Shown: positions 37,879-52,049 of the stretch, in pieces
Layout: each line of letters begins with the position of its first letter
Numbering within the stretch: position 1 is the stretch's first letter
Assembly (NCBI GenBank): GCA_024679065.1
Contig: JAGIQG010000011.1
Span: 31,434,001-31,498,000, forward strand
Length of the DNA: 64,000 bases
Source: Sphyrna mokarran
Taxonomy: Eukaryota
Direction: 5' to 3'
Notes under the pieces: generated by a model
What the model was told of the DNA's origin: nothing
Database searches by the model: none
The model's input: the letters and a program-made list of their open reading frames with translations, nothing else
Made by a program: the position numbers and the translations under genes

Positions 37879-38769
37879 AGATGTTCATAGATGTTCATAG
37901 ATAGTGAAGAGGGGTGTTATAGTTTACAGAGTGACTTGGACAAGTTGCAGAGCTGGGCCGAGAGGTGGCAAATGGAGTTTAATGTGGAAAAGTGTGAGGT
38001 AATGCACTTTGGCAGGAACAATAAATGTGTAGAGTATAGGGCTAATGGTAGGGCTCTTAATAGTGTTGAGGAACAGAAGGATCTTGGTGTATGTGTCAAT
38101 AGATCCCTGAAAGTAGGCAGTCAAGTGGATAAAGTTGTTAAGAAGGCATATGGAGTCTTAGCTTTTATTGGTAGGGGGATTGAATTTAGGAGCCGCAGCA
38201 TCATGTTGCAACTGTACAAAACTCTAGTGCGGCCGCACTTGGAGTATTGTGTGCAGTTCTGGTCCCCACATTATAAGAAAGATGTGGAGGCATTGGAGAG
38301 GGTACAGAGGAGGTTTACCAGGATGTTGCCTGGTATGGAGGGCAGGTCCTATGAAGAGAGGTTGAAGGATTTGAGGTTGTTTTCGTTAGAAAGGAGGCGG
38401 CTAAGAGGGGATCTTATTGAAGCATATAAGATGATTAGAGGTTTAGATAGGGTGGACAGTGATAGCCTTTTTCCTAGGATGGAGAAAGCTAGCACGAGGG
38501 GACACAGCTTTAAATTAAGGGGTATGAGTTATAGGACGGATATCAGAGGTAGGTTCTTTACTCAAAGAGTGATTAGGGAGTGGAATGCCCTGCCTGCAGC
38601 TGTTGTAGATGCGCCAAGTTTGGTGGCGTTTAAGAGGTTAATTGATAAGTATATGGAAGAGAAGGGAATGGTTTAGTTTGGAGGGGCATTGCTTTTTATT
38701 TTGGTCGGCACAACATCGAAGGCCGAAGGGCCTGTTCTGTGCTGTAATGTTCTATGTTCTATGTTCTAT
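37879..38769 (+). mobile_element. Young 5'-truncated CR1 LINE with uninterrupted 261-aa ORF2 C-terminus
   Basis: ORF 37891-38676 reads LQSDLDKLQSWAERWQMEFNVEKCEVMHFG..LYKTLVRPHLEYCVQFWSP..LERRRLRGDLIEAYK..FFTQRVIREWNALP. The 3' tail is (ATGTTCT)n. Confidence 0.92.
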
Positions 38770-39635
38770 GGATAGGTGTTGTATTTCTGGACTTCCAGCA
38801 GGCGTTTGAGAAGGTTAGACAAGGTTAGTTCATATGTAATTAGGGGTAAGTTATTAGCTTGGATAGAAGATTGATAACTAACAGAAAGAAGAGAGTCAGG
38901 ATAAATGGATCTCTCAGATTGGCAAGATGTAATTGGTGGGATGCCACAGAGTTCGGTTCTCAAAGCCCCAATTATTTACAATTTATATTAATGATTTGGA
39001 TGCAGGGATTGTAAGTATCAGCCAAATTTGCAGATGATACCAAAATAGGTGGGATAGTAGGTTGTGAGATTGAAATGAAATAAAATGGATATGAATAGGT
39101 TAAGTGATAGATGGAGTTTAATGTAGATAAATGTGACGTTATGTTGGTAGGAAAAATGCAAAGGCAGATTATTATGTAAATGGAGAGAAACTTCATAGTG
39201 CTTAGGTGCAGAGGGATTTGAGTGTTCGAGCATGAATCGCAGAAAACTAGTATTCCAGTACAGCAGGTAATAAGGAAGGCAGGTAGAAACTTGTTACTTA
39301 TTGCTAAAGGAATAGAATATAAAAATGAAGTGTTGCTGCTACAATACAAAGCGTGGGTGAGGCTGCACTTAGAATATTGTGTACAGTTTTGGTCCCCTTC
39401 ATTGAGGAGGGGTGTAGTCATATTGGAGATGGTTCAGAGGAGTTTCATCAGATTGATTCCAGAGATGAGGGGGTTGACTTATGAAGAGAGATTGGGCAGT
39501 TTAAAGCAATACTCCCTGGAGTTTAGAAGAATGAGGGGAAATTGACAAAGTAGATGTGGTGAGGATGTTTCCTATTAGTAGGGCAATATAGAACAAGATT
39601 TCATAGTTTTAGGGTAGCAGATTTTAAAACTGACA

Positions 39636-39920
39636 GGTGGTAAAACTGATACAGTGGTTAGCACTGCTGCCTCACAGCAACAGGGGCCCAGGTTTGATTC
39701 TGGGCTTGGGTCACTGTCTGTGCAGAGTCTGCATGTACTCCCTGTGTCTGTGTGGGTTTTCACCCACAGTCCAAAAGACATGCTGGTTAGATACATGGGC
39801 TAAATTCTCTCTCAATGTACCCAGACAGATGCTGGAGTATGGCGACAACCAGATTTTCACAGTAACTCCATTGCAGTGTTAATGTAAGCCTACTTACAAC
39901 ACGAATTAATAAACTTTGAA
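39636..39920 (+). mobile_element. HE1-related SINE
   Basis: It reads CAGTGGTTAGCACTGCTGCCTCACAG..GTCTGTGCAGAGT..CCCACAGTCCAAAAGAC..AATGTAAGCCTACTT..AATAAA. Confidence 0.75.
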
Positions 39921-40218
39921 AAAAAGATGAGGGGAAATTAATTGTCTCAAAGGGTCATGAGAATGTGGAATTCTTCATCCCAGAGTGTGATGGATGCTGA
40001 AACTTTGAGTAAATTTAAGGAAGTGTCACCTATCAGTTTTAAATTTAAGGAAGAGATGGACAGATTTTTTAATTAGTTAGCATTTGAAGAACTATGTGAA
40101 TGGGCAGGTAAGTGGAGTTGAGGCTGACATGAGATCAGCCATGGTCCTATTAAATGGTGAAGCAGTCTTGAGGGGCTGAATTGCCTACTTCTGCTTCTAG
40201 TTCTTATGATTCTTATGA

Positions 40219-42115
40219 TCCTCCTTGTCATTTCCTCAAAGAATGTAATCAAATTTGTAAGGTATGACCTTCTTAACAAAGTCACATTGATTAACAATGC
40301 CTTTCTAAGTGAATTTATCCAATCTCTCAGGATTGATTCTAATAATTTGCTCATGACTGAAGTGAGACTAATTGGTCTATAATTGCTTGACATTTCCTTT
40401 GTACCTTTTTAAAACAACGGAACCACATTTGCATTCATCTAGCACTTCAACTGTTTCCCGTGAAGAGTGGAAAATAATCCTCAGAGCATCTGCTATTTCT
40501 ACCCTGACCTCCTTCAACATCCAGTCATGGATTCCAACTCCTCTAATAATTCCAGTCTCATTATGATTATTTTATCCAATATTCCACACTGCTCCTCTTG
40601 GAATATTGTATCCACATCATCCTTTTCCTTTGTGAATACAAAAACAAAACTTCATTTAAAACTCTTCCCTTATCTTCTGCATCTTCACACAAATTCTCTT
40701 CTCCACCTCAGTTAGGACCGTTTTCTCCTAAATTATTCTTTTGCTCTTTACGTACCAATAAAGGAAACTCCAAGATGTTTTATCTTGCTTACTAATATTA
40801 TTTCACGTCCTCTTTTATTTCCTTATTTCTTTTACTTGATCTTGTACTTTCTGTACTCCTCTAGGCTATTGGCAGTGTTAAGTTTTTTGTGACTATCATG
40901 AGCTTTCTTTTTCTGTTGAATCTCCCCTGTATTTGTTTAAACAACATGGGATTCAAGATTTGCCAATACCATTCCTATTTGTGGAGGAACAAGTCTGCTT
41001 TGTAAAGTTTTTAAAGTTTATTAGTGTCACAAGTAGATTATACTACAATGAAGTTACTGTGAAAATTTCACAGTCACCCCATTCCAGCACCTGTTTGGGT
41101 ACACTGAGGGAGAATTTAGCATGACCAATGTATCTAACAAGCACATCTTTTGGACTGTAGGAGGAAACCAGAGCACCAGGAGGAAACCCATGTGGACACG
41201 GGGAGAACGTGCACTCAGCACAGACAGTTACTCAAGCTGGGAATTGAACTTGGGTCCTTGGTGCTGTGAGGCAGCAGTGGTAACTACTGTCTACCATGCC
41301 GTCTTTAGAATCTCACCTATTAGTGCTTCCCGCTGGTTTACCATTGATTTATGTTTTAGCAGTCTTGTCCAGTCCACCTCAGTCAAGTCATTTCTCAGAA
41401 TTTCTCAAATTTTGTAAAATTTGCCTCCCCCCCACCCCCCGTTTAAAACATTTACGCTTGGTTTATTCTTTTCCATAATAATATTAAATCTAACTGAATC
41501 CCCTGTATAGTCGCTCACTTTTACTTCACCCACTTGCTCATCTTCATTCCCCAGGAGAAAATCTAGAATTGTGTCTGCTCTCGTTGGATTTCTATTGTTT
41601 AAGAAAATTCTGGACACGGTACATGAATTTTTCACCCTCAATGTCTCTTATATTGTTTGACCCTCAATTGATTTTGGAATAGTTAAGGCCTGCTACTATT
41701 ATTGCCCTTTTATTTCTACAAGTTGAAATTTGTCTACATATATGTTCTTCTAACTCTCACTATTTGGGGGTCTGCACCAAATATCCTCCGTATTGTGATT
41801 GTCCCTTTATTCCTAAGATCAGTCCATAAAGCTTCATCTGTTAACCGTTTCGTATATATATCATCCTTTCTCACAACTGTAATTGATTCTGAAAACCAAT
41901 AATGCTGTCCACCTTTTTCTGTCACCTACGCTATCCTGCCTGAAAACTATCCAGGAATGTTGAGCTGTCAATTTCGCCGCCCCTTTAGCCAGGTTTCCGC
42001 TATATATAGCAACAACATGCTACCATGCGTCTGGGTGTGCCCTTATTTCATCTGCCTTGTTTGTAACACTTCTTACTTTGAAATATAAACAGCTCAACCC
42101 CGTTGAATAATCTTA
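40219..42115 (-). mobile_element. CR1 LINE, 5' half of the outer element (endonuclease to RT)
   Basis: The minus strand reads EALW.DLRNKG, NPTRADTILDFLLGNE and SNYRPISLTSVMSKLLESILRDWIN..LTNLITFFEEMTRR. Confidence 0.8.
41004..41301 (-). mobile_element. HE1-related SINE
   Basis: It is the reverse complement of the same family as 39636-39920 (GGTAGACAGTAGTTACCACTGCTGCCTCACAGCACCAAGGACCC...). Confidence 0.75.
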
Positions 42116-45100
42116 AAAGTCATGCATATAACTCTCCTGATTTTAGTTTATTACATCTAGAATATAATGTAGATTAACTACGCCACTCAGAAGGGAATGC
42201 AGGAGAAGAGTGTCAACAATGAATGTCACATTCCACACTCCTTCCATTTAAAATGTATTCCAAAATTTTATTTATTTATGGGGTGGGGGGGGGGCGAAGA
42301 GGGTGTTGATCACTAAGTTATAATAATTGACGTATATTTATTTCATTTCAACGCACAGCATTTCGCTGGTTAGAATTAGTTAATATAAAACATAATGAAA
42401 ACATGAAGCCAGGTTGTGAAAGTTTGTGCAGTTTCGTGGCCAGCGTTTAGGAATGTATCAGTTTACTGTGTACTGTAAACATAGCTGTCATGTGGAAATA
42501 GAACAGTCTTGTTCCTGGAGAATAAATGGGCGATTTCTGTCCTGATGCATTAATCGCTTCTAATAATGACAGGCTTAAAAATATATATATTTGACTGAAA
42601 TCATTGCTCAAAGTTCATTAAGCTTCCGATTGATTTACAAAAGCTGAGATACAAGGTATCATTGGCATTTATTCGCCTGATAAGATGAAACTAGTTATCT
42701 CTACGGTAGCAATACCAATTTATTATCGTAATTTATTGTGTGCAAGGCTTTGTTTATGCTGATTTATACAGCACCGCCCTTTTGGAAGTAGTTTGCACAC
42801 CTTCGCAAGTAAAACGCAAATCACCTCCCCGTTTTTGTATGTAAACGCTGATCGTCATTAGTAACTGAAGTATTTGTCTACCTTTGCAAAATTTGTGGTC
42901 GAAATGTACACCGAATTTCAAAGAACAAAGAAAAATGTTTGCATTTTTATAGCGTCTTTCAGTGCCTCGCATGTTTCAGAGCACCTTTTATAGCTTTATT
43001 TCAATATATTCACCATTCTAAAAAAGGAAATTATGAAAATATGGCGTAAAAGGGAGATTTGAAATGAGTTTTACTTAGCTTTTTAAAAACTGGCCATTCT
43101 ATCTATTTTACTTATCTAAGCACATTGCAAGATAGATCCAGGTCGATATTCGCAAAATGCAAGATGTGATTACTTTATTACAGTTCAATATACCAGAATG
43201 GAAACAGAAATCAAAACGGAGGTGGAACATGGATAACTGCTGCAACATTAATTTTATAATTTATCAATTACAGAAAATAAATATTAGAATGTTTCAATAT
43301 TTCACCATAAATGTTCTTCTAAATAAGCCAGTTCATTAAGATCACTGTTTACTCTACGATAGCCTAGTTCAAAATATTCACGTACAGGTAAACCTTCGGC
43401 TATCGATACGAGATTTTACTGAAAGGTTTGTAGCAATTTTTATACCTGTTAACCTGATACACATGTAGCCGGCGCTACTTACGTAGATGGTTAGGATTAT
43501 ATTCATATTTTAGCTCACTGTCTGTCCTGGGATAAGGTCTCAAGCGAACCTCCTTGATTTTTCTAACCTTGAACTGGTTCCATTAGGTCTTCTTGACTGA
43601 GCTATTAATTTTTATGGATATTTTCTTTAAAAACAACATTCATATTGTCCAAGGCAGTAAATCATATATGCACCTATGGGGCTGTTAACGTTTGACATAG
43701 CAAGCAGATAGATGCTCCTAAGAGGATAAAGGATTTTCCGTGTCCTGTTTGGACAACCGGTCGTGGCCCATTCCAATATCCTGCTTCCTTCTGATAGAGA
43801 AATTCTTGGTATATGTTCAAAATAGTACAGATTCTGGTTTCATTAAAACACAGCAGTATCAGACCACAGGTTATAATTCACAATAAAACTGCATGTTTCC
43901 GTCCAACCGCTGTTGGACAAATTGCTGAAATCGACACGACATATCTTTTTAGTCCAACTACAGTGCATTAGGTGCGTCACTCAAAATTTCATTGTGGAGT
44001 TGTTTTTATATTGTCCATATCTATTAACCATACCATGGTTAATACATCATTTTGTATGATGCGTTTAAACGAATACGAAAATAAAATGTCCCATTGTGTG
44101 TTTAATTGTAACTGTCCATCTGATATGTTTGCTATTTAATAATGGGGGTATGCATATATCGATTAAATAGAATGTAGTAATTGTAGATTTAATCGGTTAA
44201 ACAAGGAACTGGCTGGTAGATAGGATTGGAATCGCCACAGAGCACGCATGAAGTGATTAACACATGGTAACACCACCAACAATTTAATTAGGTAGGATGA
44301 AAGTCTACCTTACAAATAGTGCTGTAATGAGAAGACATGTTGCTGCAAAAATTGCATAAACCACGATAGTTCTGTTCTGCAAAATATTTAAGATTTTTTA
44401 GAATAAAGAGGAACATGTTATTTGGCTGCGGGGCGAGCTAATACTTAATTGTAAGATCGACTCGACACAATTTTAAGTTTTGTTTATAATTGACGATTTC
44501 ATTACATCCCGCACTTCAGTCCGACGATTGGATATGAGCTGATTTTAAATGGCATTACGGCAAAAGTAAATTAGCGATTATTCATATATTTATGTTGTGT
44601 GACTTGCCTTCTCAACAATTAATTCCCGGGAGAACATTTCTGAGCACATGGATAGAAAACTTCTCCAGATGAATTCGAACTAGACCTTGTAGGGGAACTA
44701 AAAGTTGGCTTAGTCCCATCGAATTACTGCAAAATCTGAATTCATTAATCTTTTCTTAATTATTAATTATCATACTACTTAATTATTTACTTTTTGAAAG
44801 CTTGAGAAGTGTTTCATTAATTCAACATTAAATTCTGCTTCTGTGTTGTACTACTGGTTTATAAAACAATAAAAATATGTTTTTGCTATTTAAAGGACAA
44901 CACAATACTTTACATTTTAAAAACTAGATTTGAAATTGCCAGAAAGAAGACCTGTTTCTTGAACATTCTGTTGTGTGATGAGATTAATCCCACTGTTGTA
45001 ACACATTGACAGATTATTATGGTGAATAAAAAATATTATAAAATCATGAAAAATATATAAATATTTGAGTTCTGTCACAAAATTATTTAGATGCTTGATT

Positions 45101-47854
45101 TTAAAAGTAGCTAAGGAATACTAAAACAAATTAAGGTGAGAGGATATTATGACTTACACTTATAAAAATTGCAGATCCAAAAGACTAAACATTGCAACAA
45201 ACTTCTTGCAATGCATTAGCAAATGTGACTTATTCAATGTTTGCTGAATATTTACAGTGCAGGATTGAGGTAATATATATTTTACTGGGAATTATACAAA
45301 TTGATTTTTGTATAGCATTTCTCCCCTTTTTAGGACATTGCAAGGTGCTTCATAACCAATGAATAACATCTGAAGTTTGTGTGTATGTATGTGTATGATA
45401 AAATTAATGTAACTAAATTTAAGTTATTTTTGTTTGTGTTTCTTACAGACATTAGATTGTCAAATAAGATAATTCACCAAGACAGGACAAACTGAAACAA
45501 TCTCACAATAATCATCTGTCAAAGTCTTACAAGAGTAGCATCCATCTCATGTCACAATAATCTGCTTAGTGATGTTAATGTAGCCTAGCATCTCAGAGAT
45601 TGGGCTAATGTAGAAAGGAGGAGTGACTGAAGATGTGGTTGAAACAGTAAGATTTGCCTAACGTCTTGGAGGCGAGAAAGGTGGAAGGGCTTAGGGACAG
45701 AAATCCAGAGTGCAGGAGCATGATCAATAAAGACTTCGTCTTTAATAGTAGAGAACAGCTATTGTGGGGATGGGGGAGGTGGAATAGCACAAGTTTGGAA
45801 GAGTGGTGGTTGTATGTTGACAGATAGGGCCAGAGGAAGTTGCTGAGATCATGCAGTAAGGCAATATATGGATCTAATGAGTTATTAAATCAGTGCAGGT
45901 TGGAGAGCCATTTGGGATCATTATTGCTTGGAGGATAAGTAATCTGGGATTAGTGTGGAGTCTTTAGAAGTTGATGAAAAGAGCACAGGAAAAGTTGAGT
46001 CTTGAAAGAGTAAAGGTGTTTAGCAATAATGGTAGTTATTAACGACAGGAATGGGCAGTGTTCAAAGATAGATCTATTTGATTTATTATATTATGGGGAA
46101 TTGAAATGAATATTTGAGATTAAACAAGACACCACAATTATACTGCATAAAAGATATGCCAGAGCAAGCATTTGGATGATTATATGTAAATAATTTTGTG
46201 AAATAGCTGAAAAGGGTAGCTTCAGATTTGTTGAAGTTAAGATTGGTGCTTAGATGCTTTCTGAGGTGGTGAAATAAGATGCTAATAAATTATTTCATGA
46301 ACCTTCTCAAAGTCAAACTAGCTCATATTAACTGTTTGCTACCATTCCAAACAAATATTTTAGCATTTCGCATTGTGGTTTTTTAAAATTTTCATGAGTG
46401 TTTGAGTCTTCTCTGGGTGTTAGAAGCTGTTAGAAGCCACTGCTTCTTCTTCAAAATGAGGGAGCTGTCTTTACAATATTAGTGTGTCAAAATTCTGGGT
46501 TGAGCACATTGCCAGGCATATCATACAGGATATTCCTTCCTGAATGTTGGTTTCTGTAACTGTCTGTCTTAATTTTGTGAATTATTATTTGCAAATCTAT
46601 AGATTATCAGAACAATCCTCTGTGAATGAATTTGTAAAAATAAATTACAAGAAAATAATTAAAACTTACATGATCCAGAAGAAATAGAACTTTCTTGCCC
46701 ATGTTAACTCATAGGCTCCTGCTTTTCCAGGGAACTAAATTGGTTTTTGGTAGTGCACAAGTTAAAATAAATGGATTAATAATCATAGTAAAATAACACA
46801 ATTTTTTTTTACGTTAAGTGGTGTATTACCAGAGGGAAATTGGAACTGTTGCAGTTTGAATGAATGACCCTTTCAAATGCTTGATAAATGAGTGCATAAG
46901 GTTATCTAATTTGACTCTAATGAACTTTTAGCATGGTAAAGGTCCGACAATATTCTTCAAAGACGTTTCATGAAAAGTTTGCTCCAAAATCACATAACCA
47001 TTTTTCCCTCACTTTAGAGCAACTTTAACCTACTATTTCATAATACCAATATACCTATAGATAGCAAGCTCATTTCAGTTAAGACAATAACAATAAAAGT
47101 TAGGAACATATTTTCCTCTTTTGGTTGAATAAACAGGTGAATAGCTTGAGTTACCTAGCAACTTGAGATCTGCTCAAACTGATGAACTTGCAGAATTCAA
47201 CCTCAAAACAAATGACTCATTTGCATGCAATTTTATTAAGGAATAAGAAATTGAACAACCGATCACCATGATCTCCTTGTACTAATGTTTCTTGAAAAGT
47301 TCTCAAGCAGCTCACAAGTTACTTGATTGAGTCATTGAAAGTTCATTGATTCAGTTGCACAGTGATTATTTGCAGAGAATGATTTTTGGACTTGGCTTTA
47401 GAATCAGGGATACCCATAAGACTGCAGCATTATAAAGTTTTTTTTTGGTGATGAAGGATATAATTTAAATATCCTAAGGACACAACAAGCAATTGCACTT
47501 TGTCACTGAAAGAATGAATGCAATACGAAGGTGCTGACAAGATTTCACAACTTAAAAGCAAGAAAGTTTTCTTGTTCCATTTTCTCCTGACATATGGATG
47601 AAATTGATGAGGCTGCATTTATTGCCCATCTGTACTCATTCTCCTTCTCTTTGAACTGAACTGTTGTAATCTTTTGCTGATGCTTCCATGGAAAGGTGTT
47701 AGGCAAAGAATTCCAGAATATTGATTTTACACTTACAAAAATACAATAACATATGTACAAATCAGGAAGGCGCATAAATTGAAGGAAGTTTGTAAGTACT
47801 GATGTTTCTGCAACATTTTGCTTTGAGAACAGAGATTGCAGGGGAGGGAGCTAC

Positions 47855-48150
47855 TAAGAACAAAGAACAAAACAGCACGGGAAACAGGCCCTTCGGCCCA
47901 ATGAGCCCGCGCCGCCACTCCGATGTTCCCACCTCTACCCGTGATCCCTGTCTACGTTTATAGATGTATGGGTTAAAAACCAAATTTGAGACAATTTAGG
48001 GAGAATTTGTGTTGCCAATTAGCCTAAGGGCACATCTTTGGGATGTGGGAGGAAACCGAAGCACCCAGAGAAAACCCACGCAAGCATCAGGAGAATGCGC
48101 AAACTCCCACAGACAGGCCCAAATCCATGTATCTGCACAGCATAGCGATA
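47855..48150 (-). mobile_element. HE1-like SINE
   Basis: It has an (AAGAACA)n tail, CAGGCCCTTCGGCCC and GGGAGGAAACCG..GAAAACCCACGC..GCAAACTCC on the + strand. Confidence 0.75.
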
Positions 48151-48347
48151 GTACTGCAGAGTAAACTGTAGATGCTTAAAAATACTTCCATGGCCCCAGG
48201 GCATCACTGCTCAGGCTATTATTTATACCCATCCCTAACGGCCCTTCAGAATGTGGTGTGGAACTGCCTTCTTGAACCATTGCAGTCCATGTACACCCAC
48301 AGTTAGGGAGGGATTTTGACCCAACGTCAGAGAAGAATGGTAATATT

Positions 48348-49051
48348 GGGGCGATTCTCTCAAAAGTGCTGAATTGGTGAGAAAACTATGACTGTTTTTT
48401 CATTGCAATTTCAAACATGGATCTCCCCATGAGTCTCCTCATGAATATGGAAGTGCAGTTTCAGACATTTTAGCGCAACGTCTGAAATTGCACTGAAAAA
48501 ACAGTCAGTTTTCTCTGTGCAATGCAAAGGCCACAATTGTGAATCTCATTGAAAACCTGGGAGGTGGGTCCTGTTCACACTGGAGTCTGACAGTTCCGGA
48601 ACTCTGCACACGTGCAGTGGACCCAATCTGTTAGTCCCCCTGTTTGTTGGCCATTTCAAATGCTGGCTAGCCCAGGACCCCACAGTACTGCCTTTCCAGC
48701 TCTGATTGCACAGTTTGGCACTGCCAGGTACCTATGCCCACAGGGCACCACCACCCCATTACCTGATCCCCTCTGGGGCCCTGATTGCCCCCCTTCACTC
48801 CAGCAGGGTCTCCTACTGGGGAACTACTCTAAACCCCACTGGAGTGAAATACTCCTGACGGGTTGGGAGATGTGGCAAGTTTGTGCTGAGCCCAATAATG
48901 ACATTTAAAATACATTTAAAACCACTTATCTCTCTTCCTGCCAGTTTCCAGCGTGGTTTGGACTGTACCTTTCCCTGGCTCTTGGAGACTGGGAATCCTG
49001 CAAAATGGCCGACACGCGATTTTTCAGACCGGATCTGCCAGAATTGCGCCC
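48348..49051. mobile_element. Harbinger-type MITE with 3-bp TSD (ATT), inserted in a minus-strand CR1-like LINE (about 48210-49600)
   Basis: The structure is ATT-GGGGCGATTCT ... AGAATTGCGCCC-ATT, and the host LINE sequence continues on both sides. Confidence 0.65.
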
Positions 49052-52049
49052 ATTGTTCCCTGTCAGGAATGTTTGTGACTTGGAGGGGAACTTGCTGGTG
49101 ATAGTGTTCCCATGTATCTGCTGCCCTTTTCCTTCTGTGTGGTAGAAGTTGTAGGATTTAAAGATTTTTTTTGACAGAGCTTTGGTGACTTGCTACAGCA
49201 CATCTTGCAGATAGTACAGACTGCTGCTACTGCATCCAATGGTGGAAAGAGTGGATGTTGGATATAGTGAATGGAATGCCAGCCAAGCAGGTTGCTTTGC
49301 CCTGAATGCTGTCAAAAAGCTCTTTGATTGTTGGAGCTGCACTCATCCCGGGAATTGGAGAGTATTCCATCACACTCTTGACTTATGCCTTGTAAATGGT
49401 GGATGAGATTTAGGAAGTCAGGAGATGAGTTACTGTCCTCAAGAGTTCCTAGCCTCTGATGTGCTTATGTCACCACTGTATTTATATGGCGGGTTCAGTT
49501 CAGCTTCTGGTCAATGGTCCCCACAGATAGTGGGCGTTTCAGCAATGGCAGTGCCATTGAATGTCATGGGGGAGATGGTTGGAATCTCTTTTGTTGGAGA
49601 ACTGTACATACCATAGCAATCATATAATTTAAGAAGAAGATGGATGCTAAGTTCAATGTCAGAATACTAATGTGAGCACCTCTGTTTTGAATGATGTCAA
49701 ACTTCTTGAATGTTGCAGTTTTACATAATCAAATGATTGCACAGGTATTCCATCGTACTTCAACCTTTCAGAAGTGGGTAAGCTACTGAGTAGTCAGGAT
49801 GTGAGTCACTGATTACTGGGTATTGCTCTGTTTTTGTAGTAATAGGATTAATAGGACTGATTTAGTTAATGAATAGACAGAAAATCCCTACTAACATTGG
49901 CAATTTTTATTAATTTTGTGGTAAGTATGATAATAGATAAGAAAATGGCAAGAATTGTATTATACACAGCAAATGAGAAGGTGAATGTATTTTAGGTGGA
50001 GATTTCTAGCTCCAAATCACATTGAGGATGATTTTGTGGTCCTGATGTTATGGTACCTCATATAACTTATCAGTCTATTTATTGCTCAATCATATTAAAC
50101 CCTCACAACTCTTTCACTACACTTCATTCATACTCACCTTCAGCAGTGTACATTGAAACTGCAATATACAATTTAATGTATTATCATTCAGGTAATAATA
50201 TTTTTCAAGAACAATTATACCATGAATGCATCGACTTGCTGGCTCTTAGGATTACTTAACAGATTGGACATGTGGCAGACATCAGTACCATGTTTTAGAT
50301 ACAGCATATAAGGACATTGAATACTTCAATCTATTTTTCCACTCTGAACAGCACGGCAATGTGTTAATTGCTGAATCAGTCACTAGATACCCAGTGAGCA
50401 GTATATTGGCTGGTATTGTAGCGATAGAAATGAGTTACTGACAGAAAGGTTCTGTGCAGCAGTGATCTTGCAGTCACAGGTGCTGCCATTTCTATGTTGG
50501 CTACTGTTGTCCTTGCTGAACAAATTCCTGCTGACCATTGCCAGTTTGGGACTTGATTCGTGGGAATATTGTGGCTTGCAGAAATGATTGGATCTTTACT
50601 CCTTGACATGCCTACTTTCATGTTCTCCAATATACCAAATTGGAAATGCCTTCAAAGCTTACCTTACAGAGTGGAATAAACATTGGGTTAAAATAATTTT
50701 AAATGACAAAATATGCAATAAAATGTGTTTAAAATAGAACTTAAAAGGCAAAGTGAACATTAAAAAAATGGAATGCCTATCCCATTTTAAGAGTGTTTTT
50801 ACCAATGTCACACACCACTTGCTTGCATTCCAAATGGACCCATTAGGTGAAATGTGGAGACAGAGAATAACTCCTGTAGAATTGTCATCAATACTTATTT
50901 AAATATCTTTGTATGAAATCTGGATGTCTAAGGCCAGCAAAGGGCACAAGGGAGGTTAATCTTAATTAAAGTGATGCTGTAATGCTAGTGAAATCAAATT
51001 AACAGCTCATTATGCAAAAGGCCAAATTATCACATTCTGTGTATCCTTTGATGATTACACACCATGCCTAATTTTCTTGATGACCTCAATGGAAAGGAAA
51101 ATTGAGTGGCGTATAATCACCTAAAGGCAAAATTATCCCTACCAATCTCATCCACAAATACAGCTGACCACAGAATTATTACTTAGTTGAAACTTACCGC
51201 AGGACCTGCATTCTCAATCTTGTAATTATCCATGCATCACTGTCCAAAGTGAACAAAGACCACATATAACCTAATTGACTTTTTTGTTTCAATGTCCACT
51301 ACTTTCATTCAGAGGTAAAATAAACACCTTAGTAACAGTGCACATTATGGAACAGATGATTAGAAACAACTTGCTGCATCTCAGAGGAAAATAGTTACGT
51401 TATTCAGAAAGAGGGACTTGAGGTATAAGGACTGCAGTAATTTGTTTATCATATGTCACCACAAAAAGGAGAAGCTTGTCAGCAGTGATGTATATGAGGT
51501 TTTGCTAGGTAACCAATTGGTTTCATTAGCAGTCTTTTTAATGCACTTTTTTGGATATTACACCTGTGTCCTTGTATTTTGTACACAAAATACATAAGCG
51601 AATGATGTAGCACAATGTTTCAGGTGAGTGGTGGTCAGCCTCCAGTACTATATTGATATTGAAAAATGGTATGGTTAATTTATATGAATGATTGTTTCCA
51701 TGACAATCTCCACTGAGGATATGACAACTCCTCAGTTATGTTCTGGTTATTAGTAGCATTAGTCTGCTCCTTTGAAGCTATGATTCCAAAAGATGGAATC
51801 ATGTTGATTTGTACAGGGCTAGACGACGGCAGCTTAATATTACTTGGCCAACAGTTAAAAGCAACAGCAAGGTTGGGATTTTGTTACTTCATAAATATTC
51901 TTTCTTCTGCCATAACCCAAACTGCATGCAGTAAGACAATACTCTCCAGCAATAGTGTACAGGGTATTTGCAAAAAACAGATAGTTGGTTTTATATCAGT
52001 AACATGATGCTGTGTGTCATCATACTGCACAAGTATAAACAAGTAAAAA

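Larger units (their letters stand above)
37057..40218 (+). mobile_element. Older CR1 LINE (+) inserted in the outer CR1 and itself interrupted by 3 SINEs and a young CR1
   Basis: Its pieces are SQHGFMKGKSCLTYLLE (about 37160-37210), FLDFQQAFEK (about 38785), KFADDTKIGG (about 39025) and VRLHLEYCVQFWSP (about 39360), with a (TTATGA)n-like tail at about 40205. Confidence 0.75.

Noticed and set aside
37891-38676. The 261-aa ORF as a host gene
   Set aside because: It is the C-terminus of CR1 LINE ORF2 with the retrotransposon tail attached.
50376-50630. 84-aa minus-strand ORF as a coding exon
   Set aside because: It has no recognisable motif or convincing splice sites. It might belong to the putative pseudogene, but I cannot support that.
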